Positions 18,558 through 28,865 are shown, numbered from the stretch's first letter. The stretch: DNA of 64,000 bases from an uncultured Alphaproteobacteria bacterium (GCA_963804495.1 CAWDQN010000010.1:258265-322264); one strand, 5' to 3'. Numbers and translations are program-made. Notes: a model not told the origin generated them from the letters alone.

Positions 18558-19699
18558 GCCGGCGCGCGTCGGCGCAAGCCAAGCCAGGACCGCGCCGTCT
18601 CGGTTTTTTGCGGCAGCATTTCACCGGCGAGCCCGGCAATCGCCGTCTGGAACGGGCCGCGCTGGCGGACCGCCGGCTCGCCGAAGGTCTGTGCCGATTT
18701 CATCTGCTTTGGCAGCCAGGGAATGACCACATCCACCTCGCCGCCCAGACCGTCGACGACTTGCTTCTTGGACAGCGAGCCCGGGGCGCCGACATGGTTG
18801 AGCACCACCAGAGGGCGCGACGCCTGTTTTGGCCCGCGCGGCAGGCGGAGATGGCGCAGCGTGTCGCGCAGCGAGGCCAGGGTGGGATCCATCACCAGCA
18901 CCCGCACATGGGTCAGCTCGCGCAACTCGTCGTTGAGCGGCGTCGGGTAGCGCGGCAGATCGACGACGACGAAATTGAATCGGTTGCACAGGATCGAGGT
19001 GAGGTGAGGGATCGCGCCCTCAACGGCGGCGACCGGGGCATCGAGCGGTTCCTCGGCGGCGAGCAGGTGCAACCGGTCGCTGATCGCCGGCGAGGAGCGC
19101 TCGGCAAACAGCACGTCGACGCGCCCCGGGTTTTCCAGCGCCGCTCGCAGGCCGCCACCGGCGGTCGCGGAGAGCATCAGGGCGGTGGTGCCGGTGTGCA
19201 GGTCGGCATCGAACAGCAGGATGTGGTGGCGCGAGCGATCGGCGAGCTGGGCCGCCAGGTTGACCGCGACCGTGGTGGCGCCGACGCCGCCGCGTACCCC
19301 GGTGACGGTGACGATGCGCCCGCCGCGGGCGGGCGCGGGGCTGTTGCCGGTCAGCGTGGGCACCAGGCTGCGGGCGATGATCTCGCGATTGAGCGGTTTG
19401 TAGAGATACTCCTGCACCCCCAGGCCGCGAACGACCTGGCGATAGAACCCCACGTCCTGGACCTCGCCGATGACGAAGACCCGCACGCCCGGCTCGACGT
19501 AGAAGGAGAGGTCGTCGAGCGCGCCGAGCGGATCGCTCTCGCCGGAAACATCGACCAGAAGGGCGGCGATCGGGGTGGTGAGACGCTGCAGCCCGGCGCG
19601 CGCCTGGGCGATGCCGCCGGCACGGAATTCGGCGGTTGGCCCCAAAACCGGGGCGAGGACATCAGTCAGGATGGCGAGAAGTCTCACGGTCGCGGGCAT
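18554..19699 (-). CDS. cpaE: CpaE/TadZ receiver-like + ParA/MinD-like protein
   Basis: Degenerate Walker A GVRGGVGATT, DADLHTG, VVVDLP; N-terminal receiver-like region. Confidence 0.9.
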
Positions 19700-19777
19700 A
19701 GGCAATCAGCGGCAGCCGTGCCGCGCGGCCGGTTTCATCCGGGACGGGGCCCGGCTGAAGCAGCGGCTCGCTGGTCA

Positions 19778-20098
19778 TTATTGGGTCTCCGCCGCGGCCG
19801 CGCCAGATGACGGGGTGGCCGGGATGGGGCCGACGCTCGGCGTGGTCAGCGGTTTGACATGGTCGGTCAGCAACCGGTGCACCGCTGCCGCCGACAGCGC
19901 GCCGGGGCTGCCCTCATCGCCGACGCCCTGCACGAGATGCTGCTGGTCGGCCACCGAGGCAGCCAGGTTGGCGTCGTTGACATTCTCCGCCCGCCATGTT
20001 CCCGGGCGCTGGAACGGATCATCCCAGCCAGCGCAGCCTGCCGCTCCGAGCAGGAGGGCGAGGCAGGCGCATCGCCGGAAGTCTCGTGCGAGCGGCAT
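19778..20098 (-). CDS. Small pilus lipoprotein (CpaD/RcpB-like position)
   Basis: Lipobox LLLGAAGC; between secretin and cpaE. Confidence 0.7.
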   Translation of the reverse strand: MPLARDFRRCACLALLLGAAGCAGWDDPFQRPGTWRAENVNDANLAASVADQQHLVQGVGDEGSPGALSAAAVHRLLTDHVKPLTTPSVGPIPATPSSGAAAAETQ

Positions 20099-20122
20099 GG
20101 CGAATGTTCCCTTTTGGTTCAT

Positions 20123-22597
20123 TCAGTGCAGGATGAAACCGGCACCGACGGGCACGTCGTTCGGACCGAGGCGGCCGCCCGGTCCCAGGGCGGCGGCGGT
20201 CGGCGCGACGACCGTGCCCGGGCCGGTGCCCATTGCCCGTTGGCGGTTGAACAGCACCCGGTCCACGTCGGCGGCCGGAACGAAACCGTCGGTCGGCAAG
20301 CGGAGCTGGCTGGGCGAACCCACCGGGTTAACGATGTACGGGGTCACCACGATCACCAGTTCATCCTGGTCGCGTTTGTAGAGATCGGACTTGAACAGGG
20401 CGCCCAGCACGGGAATCTCGCCGGCGTAGGGAACTGCCCGCGAGTTCATGCTGTTGTCCGAGTCCAACAGGCCGGCGATGGCGAAGCTCTGTCCTGACCC
20501 GAGTTCCACCGTGGTATCGGCTCGGCGCACGGTGAGCGCCGGAATGGTGACGGTGGAGGTGCCGCCGAGGATGCTGTAGCCGATCGGCACCGACACCGCG
20601 CCGGTGGTGGTCAGTTCGCTGACCTCGGGGTGCACATGCAGGCTGATTCGGCCATCCGACAACACCGTTGGCACGAAGGCCAGCGAGATGCCGTACTGCT
20701 TGAACGCCACGGTGATGGTGCTGGTGCCGCCGTTGCCCGAGCCGGCGACCGGGATCGGGAATTCGCCGCCGGCGAGGAAACTGGCGGTCTCGCCGCTGCG
20801 GGCGGTGAGGTTCGGCTCGGCCAGCAAGGTGATGAGCTGATCCTGGGCGAGCAGATCGAGCACGGTATTGATCGAGCTGGTGCCGTCGTTGAAACCGGCG
20901 CCAATGGTGTTCGGCGGGTTGGCCCCCGAGCCAAGACCATCGATGATGGCGGCGGCCACGTTCCAGTGGCCGAAATTGGCCAGTGCCGTCCAGTTAATGC
21001 CGAGCTGGCGGGTGATCTGGCGCGAGATTTCGGCGATCCGGACCCGCAGGGTGACCTGGACGGAGGAGGGGATGGTGGTCCGATTGTCGATCGTTGCTTT
21101 GTCGCCGGCATAGGAGCGCGCGGTTGCGACCACCTGATGGGCGGCGGCCGGGTTGGCGACCTGCCCGCCCACCAGCAGCCCATCGGGCGTGGCTGAGAAC
21201 TGCACGTTGGCGCCCGGCACCGCGCGCTGCACCGACGCGGCCGCCTCGCTGGCGGCGTACGAGGACGGCTGGACCACGACATCGTATTGCGCGAGCGTGT
21301 TGCCGGCCTCGTCGAGGGCGGCAACGGTGCTGTGCCCGGGTCCCAGGCCGAAGACGAAAATCGTATTATGACTGGCCGGCCGGACCTCGACGACTTTCGG
21401 ATCGGCGGCAAACAGGCTGGCGATGGTGCCCCGGATGCGCAGGACACGCCCGGTGCCGACCTCGATCACGGTGGACCGGGGAGCGGCATCGAAGGGGACC
21501 GGGCTGGGCGCGGCGGACGCGGTGCCGGAACCGGGCGCCGCGCCGGCGGCGCCGGTGCCCGGGGTGGCAGCGGTGGTGGCCGGGGCCGAACGCGGCGGGG
21601 TGCCGGTTACGACCAGACCGCCGCCGGGCGCTGCCGTTGCTGCTCCGACAGCGTCAGGTGCTGCAGGCGTGGTGGCTGCGGCAACCAAGTCCGGCGTAGC
21701 GGTCGAGGGGACGATGGTTGCTGGCAGAGTTGTTGTTGTTGCCAGGGTCGTTGGTGCCAGGGTCGTTGGCGACAGGGTCGTTGGCGACTGGGGGGGCGGC
21801 GGCAGGGGAGCGGTCGCGGCGGTTGCCACGACGGTCGGGGGGGCAGCGTTCGCCGGGACATAAGGAACTGTCGCGGTGGGCGAGACATACGGAGCCGCGG
21901 CGCTTGCCGAAACGGTGGCAGGCGCGGCGGCTTCCGTCACGTGGTCCGGGGTGGCGGTGGCCGGGCCTCGATCGGGCGCAGCGGCGGTCGCAATGCGCTC
22001 AGGCGCGGGGACAGAGGGGGCGGGCCCGGGATCTGCGGCGGCTGCGCCGACAGGATCGAGCACATCGAGCAGCAGCCGGTTGCCCAGCCGCCCCGGCCGC
22101 ACCTGCACGCCTGGAACCAGCGACAACTCGGCCGCACCCGCGGCGACGGTCAGCGCCCGCACATTGCGTGGCGGCTTCGCCCCGGCCAGCGGGTCGGCAC
22201 CGGAAAATCGCACGGTGAGCCGGTCGCCGGCACGGTCCATGGTCCATGTCGCCCCCGGGGGAAGGTCGAAGACCACCCGCCCGTAACCAGGGTGGTCGCC
22301 GGTGCGCACCAGCGCGGTTGGTACGGCTCCCGCGGCGGATTGGGCCGCAGGCTGCCCGCTGCCGCGGGTGGCGACCGGCGGCTGCGACGCTGGCGCGAGA
22401 GACGCTGGCGCGAGAGACGCTGGCGCGAGAGACGCTGGCGCGAGAGACGGGGGCACAAGGGACGTGGGCGCGAGGGCAGAGGCGGCGGTGACTGCCGGGG
22501 CCGGGCTCGGCGGCGTTATGTCCGCATGGGCCGGGCGAATCCCCGGGGCGAATGCCAGCAGAACGGCGGCCAGAAGTGCCGGGGAGGTCGGTGCCAT
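20123..22597 (-). CDS. cpaC: CpaC/RcpA secretin with long N-terminal extension
   Basis: ADPKVVEV pil_N domain, VTLRVRIAE, LAEPNLTARSGETASFLAGGEFPIP, KQYGISL.F.P, IPVLGALFKS, ELVIVVTP. Confidence 0.93.
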   Translation of the reverse strand: MAPTSPALLAAVLLAFAPGIRPAHADITPPSPAPAVTAASALAPTSLVPPSLAPASLAPASLAPASLAPASQPPVATRGSGQPAAQSAAGAVPTALVRTGDHPGYGRVVFDLPPGATWTMDRAGDRLTVRFSGADPLAGAKPPRNVRALTVAAGAAELSLVPGVQVRPGRLGNRLLLDVLDPVGAAAADPGPAPSVPAPERIATAAAPDRGPATATPDHVTEAAAPATVSASAAAPYVSPTATVPYVPANAAPPTVVATAATAPLPPPPQSPTTLSPTTLAPTTLATTTTLPATIVPSTATPDLVAAATTPAAPDAVGAATAAPGGGLVVTGTPPRSAPATTAATPGTGAAGAAPGSGTASAAPSPVPFDAAPRSTVIEVGTGRVLRIRGTIASLFAADPKVVEVRPASHNTIFVFGLGPGHSTVAALDEAGNTLAQYDVVVQPSSYAASEAAASVQRAVPGANVQFSATPDGLLVGGQVANPAAAHQVVATARSYAGDKATIDNRTTIPSSVQVTLRVRIAEISRQITRQLGINWTALANFGHWNVAAAIIDGLGSGANPPNTIGAGFNDGTSSINTVLDLLAQDQLITLLAEPNLTARSGETASFLAGGEFPIPVAGSGNGGTSTITVAFKQYGISLAFVPTVLSDGRISLHVHPEVSELTTTGAVSVPIGYSILGGTSTVTIPALTVRRADTTVELGSGQSFAIAGLLDSDNSMNSRAVPYAGEIPVLGALFKSDLYKRDQDELVIVVTPYIVNPVGSPSQLRLPTDGFVPAADVDRVLFNRQRAMGTGPGTVVAPTAAALGPGGRLGPNDVPVGAGFILH
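21741..21785 (-). repeat. Three 15-bp in-frame tandem units encoding PTTL(S/A)
   Basis: G(C/A)CAGGGTCGTTGG(T/C) x3 inside cpaC. Confidence 0.85.
22386..22445 (-). repeat. Four perfect 15-bp in-frame tandem units encoding SLAPA
   Basis: GACGCTGGCGCGAGA x4 inside cpaC. Confidence 0.95.
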
Positions 22598-23487
22598 CAG
22601 AACTTGACCTCTTCAACGTCCTTGGCCCCGTGGTGCACCCGGATGGTGGTCGCGGCCTTGCCGCCGGTGCGGTCGCGCAGGGCGGGGGACACGTCACCGC
22701 TCCAGGCAATCGGGGCCGACTCGGGCGGTGTCGGCGCGGTGCTCGCGTCATTATCCGTCGCTGGCTGGTCGTCGGCCGCCGAGCGCACGACGAGGGCCAG
22801 CCGCCCCAGCCGGGTGGCGATGGCGATGCGCGCGGCGTCGTAGGAGCTCGCTTCGAGGGTGACGGTGCGGTTGGTGTTGCCGGCGGCTCCCGGGTTCGCC
22901 TGCGCGCCCTGGCCGCCCTGGACGAGTTGCTGATCGACCGCGATCACCCGGAGGTTGGTCAACACGGTTTCGCCGGAGATGCGGCGGTCGATCGGCTGGT
23001 CCTTGTCGTCCATCGACTGCGTCAGAAGCAGATCGACACGGTCGCCCGGCCAGATCAGCCCGGCGGTGCCGCTGACCGAGTCGACGCCGACGGTCACGGC
23101 CCGCATGCCGGTGCCGAGCACCGCGGCGAGGAACCCTCGGTCACCAGGCGACAGGACATCGCCGGCCACGATCGGCTCATTGGGGTTGAGGCTGCGGCAA
23201 ATCATGGCGCCGCGCAGGGCCGTGCGGGCCGCGATACTGTCCGGATAGCTGCCCGGCACCGGTTTCGTGGCATCGACATCCGCCGCGGTGACATCTTCCA
23301 TCACCATCAGGTTGCCGGCGCGCAGGGCGCGCGCGGCGACCAGAATATGCATCCTCGGAACCGGCGGCGGCGGCGGCGGGGCAACAACCTCTTGCACCGG
23401 TGCGGGTCTTTGGGATGCGATCAGGGCAATGGCAATGCCACAGAGTCCCACGAGACCAAGCAGTACGGCCATGACTCGGAGGAACAT
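22597..23487 (-). CDS. cpaB: Flp pilus assembly protein CpaB/RcpC
   Basis: N-term TM, SAF-like VAARALRAG, GMRAVTVGVDSVSGTAGLIWPGDRVD, VIAVDQ. Confidence 0.93.
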   Translation of the reverse strand: MFLRVMAVLLGLVGLCGIAIALIASQRPAPVQEVVAPPPPPPVPRMHILVAARALRAGNLMVMEDVTAADVDATKPVPGSYPDSIAARTALRGAMICRSLNPNEPIVAGDVLSPGDRGFLAAVLGTGMRAVTVGVDSVSGTAGLIWPGDRVDLLLTQSMDDKDQPIDRRISGETVLTNLRVIAVDQQLVQGGQGAQANPGAAGNTNRTVTLEASSYDAARIAIATRLGRLALVVRSAADDQPATDNDASTAPTPPESAPIAWSGDVSPALRDRTGGKAATTIRVHHGAKDVEEVKF

Positions 23488-23493
23488 GACGAC

Positions 23494-24006
23494 CTACCCG
23501 GACAAAGTGTGAACGATAATCGGAAGCGCGCCCCCGGCAATCGCGACGGCGTAAGGCAGCGGCCCGCGCCTGTGCACACGCCACGCCTCGGCTTTGAGCG
23601 CGCGGGCCAGAAGACCGCGGCGCGGTCCGGGACGGGGACGCTGCACGAGATAAGGCAGCACAAGATACAGTAGCGCCAGCACGCCGCCGGCGATAGCCAC
23701 GGATAGGACGAAAGCGATAACGCTGGACGGCGGCAGAACCAGCGCGACGGCAGGGATGAGTTTCACGTCACCACCGCCGATAAAGCCCCGCAACCAAAGA
23801 CCACCCAGAATGGTGAGCAGCAGGGCGGCGACGCCGAACCCGGCAATGACCTTGCCATCCTGCACACGCAATATCAGGCCGGCGACGGCAAGACAGGCTG
23901 GTATCCAGTTCGGAATGGTCCGGGCGGCGGCATCATGCAGAGCGGCGGCAACAATCAGCCCGGCGGCCAGCAACATCAAAGCAAGCGAAGCGAGCTGAGC
24001 CGTCAT
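23494..24006 (-). CDS. cpaA: Prepilin peptidase CpaA/TadV (A24 family)
   Basis: AALHD...RTIPNW, GGGDVKL, LPYAVAI motifs; the track ORF extends spuriously through flp. Confidence 0.92.
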   Translation of the reverse strand: MTAQLASLALMLLAAGLIVAAALHDAAARTIPNWIPACLAVAGLILRVQDGKVIAGFGVAALLLTILGGLWLRGFIGGGDVKLIPAVALVLPPSSVIAFVLSVAIAGGVLALLYLVLPYLVQRPRPGPRRGLLARALKAEAWRVHRRGPLPYAVAIAGGALPIIVHTLSG

Positions 24007-24104
24007 GCTGTCAGCCTCGGTCGGGGAGACGGGGCATGATGGCAGACCGCGCGGGCTTATGTCCTGCCGCTCTGCCGGTTCCATCATGCCGCCGGTGCGA
24101 GGGA

Positions 24105-24284
24105 TTACAGTTCCGAGGCGATCTTGCTGAAGGTCGAGGAGAGGCCGGTGCCGACCGCGGTGACCGCGGCGATGATGACAACGGCGATCAGGGCCGCGAT
24201 CAGCCCGTACTCCAATGCGGTGACGCCGCGACGATCGGTCTTGAGGCGAAGCATCAGGTAGGAGAGAGCGTTGAGCATGTTCAT
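24105..24284 (-). CDS. flp: Flp family type IVb pilin
   Basis: DRRG/VTALEYGLIAALIAVVII...TF..IA..L Flp motif. Confidence 0.96.
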   Translation of the reverse strand: MNMLNALSYLMLRLKTDRRGVTALEYGLIAALIAVVIIAAVTAVGTGLSSTFSKIASEL

Positions 24285-24443
24285 TGCACCTTCTGGCGTT
24301 GGGTTGGACATTGCGCACCGTAGCCGCGACGCCACCCGTCTGTTGTGGATGAGGAAGGCCGGCTCGTTGGTGGGCGTAACCGTCTCGCCTGCCCGACGAC
24401 GTGTCTATTAAAAGACATTTCTCTCGCGCGTCAAGGGAAAACT

Positions 24444-24458
24444 TTAACCATTGGTTGA
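24444..24458. promoter_or_regulatory. CtrA-box-like element upstream of flp
   Basis: TTAA-CCATTGG-TTGA (TTAA-N7-TTAA with one mismatch; contains TTAACCAT) 160 bp upstream of the pilin start. Confidence 0.5.
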
Positions 24459-24961
24459 TAGGTGGCGCGAAATTTTTCCCTCGGCGCCACCCGCCCGGTT
24501 CGTCCCGCGGTCCGGCACGTCAACGAACGGTCTTAAATTTTGCTGTCTTTGCCGACACCTATCGGTTTTTGTGGCCGTTTCACGTCAGTTCATGTGGCGA
24601 TCGAAGCGGCGTGCACTGGAAAAATCGACACATCGCGCAATCAGAGAAAAATCCCAAAAATATGGCCATGCCTCTTTATAATTACGACACCTCAATCCCG
24701 TCACAAGTCCATCCAAGTTACAGGCAGCAAAGCGACGACATCGCCGCCGCCAACCAGCGGCCGCCGCCGGTCGCAACTATCACGTAAGCTATTCCTCCCG
24801 TGAGGTGTTTTTTGCATACCGACGTAAACAAATCGTTATCATAGCCGGAACATCATGGTGATGTCTGGACTTTCCGCATTCAGTCCAGGCACCGCCATCC
24901 GCCGGTGCGCACATCCACGGCTCTTGCCGGCGGCGGATCAGGTGGCGGACCTGCCGCGGGC

Positions 24962-25669
24962 CTATTGCGGCGGTTGCGCCGGAACCGCGGCGGCCTGGGC
25001 GGCCCCGTTGAGCCGCAAACGCTCGCGGGTCAGGGCCAACGTCGCCTTGACCTGCGGGGAGCCGTCGGTGCGATCGAGATCCTGCAGCATCGACAGCGCC
25101 ACATCGGTCTCGCCGCTGAGGGCCATGACCAGGGCCAGGTTATTGCGGGTCGGAACGTCTTGCGGATGGTGCGCCAGCGCCTGACGGAGCACGTCGGCGG
25201 CACCGCTCAGATCGCCCTGCTGTGCCAGCACCACGCCCTTGCCGTTCAGCGCTTCCACGCTGTCGGGATGGCGCCACAGGATCTGTTGATAGACATCGCC
25301 GGCATCGGCCAGCCGGCCGGATTTCATGGCCAGGCGTCCGACCTCGAGGGCGAAGGGAAGATCGTCGCCGCGCGCGGCAAGGGCGGCCTTGGCCGCTGTT
25401 ATGCCCTGGTCCACCTGCCCGGCGGCGATCAGGCCGGTGGCTTGCGCCAACGGGTCCGCCGGCGGCGCCGCCCGCTGCAACGGCTGTCCCTGCATGATCG
25501 CGGCGGCATTGGCCGTGTCGCCGGCTGCCTGCAGCGCCTCGGCAAGCCGTAGCCGGGTGCTGTCGCTGACGGTCTGGTTGGGCGTGTTTGCTGATGCACA
25601 GCCGGTCAGGGCCGCAACCAGGGCAATGGCGGCCATCCTGAAGGGATGGGCTCGGGGATGGCTGTCCAT
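24962..25669 (-). CDS. TPR lipoprotein, TadD-like pilotin
   Basis: Lipobox LVAALTGC; TPR repeats (EALNGKGVVLAQQG, RNNLALVMALSG). Confidence 0.8.
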   Translation of the reverse strand: MDSHPRAHPFRMAAIALVAALTGCASANTPNQTVSDSTRLRLAEALQAAGDTANAAAIMQGQPLQRAAPPADPLAQATGLIAAGQVDQGITAAKAALAARGDDLPFALEVGRLAMKSGRLADAGDVYQQILWRHPDSVEALNGKGVVLAQQGDLSGAADVLRQALAHHPQDVPTRNNLALVMALSGETDVALSMLQDLDRTDGSPQVKATLALTRERLRLNGAAQAAAVPAQPPQ

Positions 25670-26070
25670 GGACGGGCGCGCCTCGACGACGTGGGTGCAG
25701 AGTCGCGGCACAGTAGCACGATGTGGCCGGTGCGTTGTCAATGAAAGCATGTCGCCAGAACGTCATCCGCTGAACGACCCGAGCGCCGTGCTGCGACGCA
25801 GATGCGGGTTACCGGGCCCGGGGCACCGCTGCGGCCGGAAGGCCTGCCTCAGGCGGCCAGCAAGCGCCCGGCGGGATGGTTCGACAATGCAAGGCCAGGT
25901 CGCCACATCCGCCGCCGCCTTGCGAGACCATTGTAAGAAGGCCAAACTCTTTGCCATGACAGCGATCGGATCTGACCGTCCGGCGACCTGAGGCAGTCGA
26001 TCAGCCTGGTGTTGTTGCGGTTGGAGACGCTGAGGCCGCGTGCGCCGCCGAGCGGGCAGAAGGAGGCGGT

Positions 26071-27360
26071 TTGGATCACTCGCAGGACAAGCAGCTTCGG
26101 CCGGCGCCGCGCCTGCGTGCCGCGCCCTGGCTGGGCAGTCTGTCACGGGCCGATTGGCTGAATCACGATCGTATCCTTGCCTGGAGCGGCATCCTTCTGG
26201 TTCTGGAGGTTGCGTTCCTTGGTTTCATGGTGCTGTGGCACCATGGTGCTTTTTTCCCAATCGATCCGCCGACCTCGACCGACTTCGTCAGTTTTTATGC
26301 CGCCGGGAGGCTTGCTTTGGCGGGCACGCCGGCGCTGGCCTATGATCAGGCGGCGCATGCGGCGGCGGAGGCGGCGGCCACCGCGGCGGGGATTGAGTAC
26401 CGGTTCTTTTTCTACCCGCCGGTCTATTTGTTGTGGTGTGCGCCGCTGGCGCTGCTGCCGTATATGGTCGGGTTCGTGTTGTTCCAGTCGGTCACTCTCG
26501 TGGCTTGGCTGCTGGTTATGCGTCGCATCCTGCAGGCGCAGGGCTGGGCCTGGTGCGTGCCGGTGCTGGCGTTCCCGTCGGTTTTCTGGGCACTCGGGCA
26601 GGGGCAGAATTCGTTTCTGACCGCCGCCCTCATGGGCGCCATGACGCTGCTGCTCGACCAGCGGCCGGCCGCGGCGGGCGTGGCCCTTGGCATGCTTTGC
26701 TACAAGCCGCATCTGGCGCTGCTGGCGCCGGTGGCGCTCGCCGCCGGCGGGCGCTGGCGGAGCTTCGCCGCCGCTGCGGTGACAGTGGCGGCTTTGGTGG
26801 GCCTGTCGGTCGCGCTGTTCGGCGTGCAGACCTGGCGCGACTATCTGACGGCGATGGCCGGATCGCAGGCGGTCTACGAGACCGGGCGGATCAATCTGGC
26901 CGGGTTCGTGACGCCGTATGGCGCGGCGCGCGTGCTTGGCGCCGGGGCCGGCGCGGCACAGGCGCTGCAAGCTGTTGCGACCATTCTGGTGATGGTGCTG
27001 GTCGGCTGGATTTGGCGGCGCGACCCGCGGCCGCCGGTGCGCTCGGCGGCGCTGGCTTCAGGCATTCTGCTGAGTGTGCCGCTGGCGCTGGTGTACGATC
27101 TGGTTTTGACCACGGTGGCGATGGCCTGGCTGGTCCGGCAGGGCCGCAGCAGCGGGTTTGCGGCGTGGGAGAAACTGGCGCTGTTTTTTTGCTACGTGGT
27201 GGCGCTGGTGGCGCGCCACCTCGGCGAGACGGCGCATATCCCGCTCGGGCCACTGGCGCCGGCCGCGCTGCTGGCGGTGTGCGTGATGCGCACGCTGCGG
27301 GGCCCGGTCGCGCCCGGCGAAGGTCGGCTTGCAGATGCGGGGCCACGCGGTTCCTTGTGA
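26071..27360 (+). CDS. GT87/DUF2029-like polytopic membrane glycosyltransferase (GT-C fold)
   Basis: DFVSFYAAG, FFYPP, GQNSFL, YKPHL, VYDL motifs; many TM helices. Confidence 0.85.
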   Translation: MDHSQDKQLRPAPRLRAAPWLGSLSRADWLNHDRILAWSGILLVLEVAFLGFMVLWHHGAFFPIDPPTSTDFVSFYAAGRLALAGTPALAYDQAAHAAAEAAATAAGIEYRFFFYPPVYLLWCAPLALLPYMVGFVLFQSVTLVAWLLVMRRILQAQGWAWCVPVLAFPSVFWALGQGQNSFLTAALMGAMTLLLDQRPAAAGVALGMLCYKPHLALLAPVALAAGGRWRSFAAAAVTVAALVGLSVALFGVQTWRDYLTAMAGSQAVYETGRINLAGFVTPYGAARVLGAGAGAAQALQAVATILVMVLVGWIWRRDPRPPVRSAALASGILLSVPLALVYDLVLTTVAMAWLVRQGRSSGFAAWEKLALFFCYVVALVARHLGETAHIPLGPLAPAALLAVCVMRTLRGPVAPGEGRLADAGPRGSL

Positions 27361-27674
27361 TCGGCCATGCCCGGTGATAGACCGCCGGCCGCGCGGCGGC
27401 ACAAATTGCATGTTGCGCCGCGTCGAACCAGCCGGAGAGCGCCGCATCCCGCAGAAGGTGGCGAATGAGCGATTGCATGCGTGGCGCATTGGAGGCCGCT
27501 GTTGTTGGTCAACAACGATGACAAGATTGACGCCGGGGATTGGACTGGCGGGTCGCATCGGACATCTTCACTCCTTGCCCCGCCGCATCCTCCATGCCCG
27601 ACGGCGCTGAGCCGCCGCCGGCTGGCTCGCGGACCGGTGCCGAGACCAGGGGGGCGGATGTGACCGGGGAGACC

Positions 27675-28829
27675 ATGATGACGGATCAATCCGCCCCCGC
27701 GCGGTCGCTCAAGAGCCGCATGCAGCTTTGGATTTGGGGTGTGCTGCACCCGCAGGTCTTGCTCCGGCGGGCGATTGCGGGCGTGTATTCGGCGGAATTC
27801 GCCAGGGAGCGGGTTGGCGACCTCGAGGATCGGCTGAGCCGGGACATCGCCGAACTTCGGTGGGGAAGCGAGGAGACGGTTCGCGCCTTGCGCCGGCAGG
27901 GCGAAAGCCAGACCGCCGCGGACGAGGCTTTGCGTGACCGGGTCGATAGCCTGATGACCTTGGCGACGCCGATCCCACGGCGGCTGGCGGCGCTCAGCGC
28001 AGATGTTGCGGCGCTGGCGGAGAATGTCGGCACCCTGAGGAAATCGCTCGACGAGCAGATGCGCGCGGTCCGGGCCGAGATCATGTTTCAGCAGCGGCGG
28101 CTGACCCGTCTGGCGCTGCCGGTCGCAGTGAAACCGCTCGAGCAAACCGCTGCCGAGGTGGTGGATCAACGACTGGAATTGCTGTATGCGGCCTTGGCGG
28201 ATGTGTTCCGCGGCGCGCGCGAAGACATCAAGCAGCGGCTGGAGATTTATCTCGATCCGCTGCGGCTTGCCGGCGCTGGTCAGCCGGACAAGCCGATCCT
28301 GGACATCGGCTGCGGCCGTGGCGAATTTCTGCAACTGCTGAACGAGAACAGCCTGCACGGCTATGGTGTCGACAGCAGCACGATCATGGTCGAACACTGT
28401 GCGTCGTATGGTCTTGATGCCCGCCACGCGGATTTTCTGGCGCATCTGCACGGCATCGAAGACGCGTCCCGCAGCGCGGTGACCGCTTTCCACGTGCTCG
28501 AGCATCTGCCGTTCGGCAGCCTGGTCGATTTCCTCGATGAAGCGCTGCGGGTGCTGATCCCCGGCGGTCTGCTGATTCTGGAGACGCCCAATCCCGAGAC
28601 GATACGGGTTGGCGCGACGACATTTTACGACGATCCGACGCATCGCAATCCGCTGCTGCCGGAGATGCTCCGGTTCATCGTGCAGCATCGCGGATTTGCC
28701 GAGGTCGAAATTCTCCGGCTGCATCCGTTTCCCGAGGGGCTACTGCAGGAACCGACGGCAGATGTGGCGGCACTGAACGAAATGCTGTTCGGGCCGCAGG
28801 ATTTTGCCATTGTTGGACGGCGGCCCTGA
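27675..28829 (+). CDS. Class I SAM methyltransferase with N-terminal coiled coil
   Basis: LDIGCGRGE, FHVLEHL, VLIPGG..ILETPNP, FYDDPTH; heptad-rich N-term; start set at MMTDQ. Confidence 0.85.
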   Translation: MMTDQSAPARSLKSRMQLWIWGVLHPQVLLRRAIAGVYSAEFARERVGDLEDRLSRDIAELRWGSEETVRALRRQGESQTAADEALRDRVDSLMTLATPIPRRLAALSADVAALAENVGTLRKSLDEQMRAVRAEIMFQQRRLTRLALPVAVKPLEQTAAEVVDQRLELLYAALADVFRGAREDIKQRLEIYLDPLRLAGAGQPDKPILDIGCGRGEFLQLLNENSLHGYGVDSSTIMVEHCASYGLDARHADFLAHLHGIEDASRSAVTAFHVLEHLPFGSLVDFLDEALRVLIPGGLLILETPNPETIRVGATTFYDDPTHRNPLLPEMLRFIVQHRGFAEVEILRLHPFPEGLLQEPTADVAALNEMLFGPQDFAIVGRRP

Positions 28830-28865
28830 CGGGGCTTTGGTCCCTGAAACCCGTTCTTATATTAT

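Noticed and set aside
21741-22445. 15-bp repeats as a CRISPR array
   Set aside because: Directly tandem, no spacers, in-frame coding repeats, no cas genes
23494-24318. 274-aa fusion of pilin region and prepilin peptidase
   Set aside because: The N-terminal part is an alternative frame over flp; the peptidase starts at 24006
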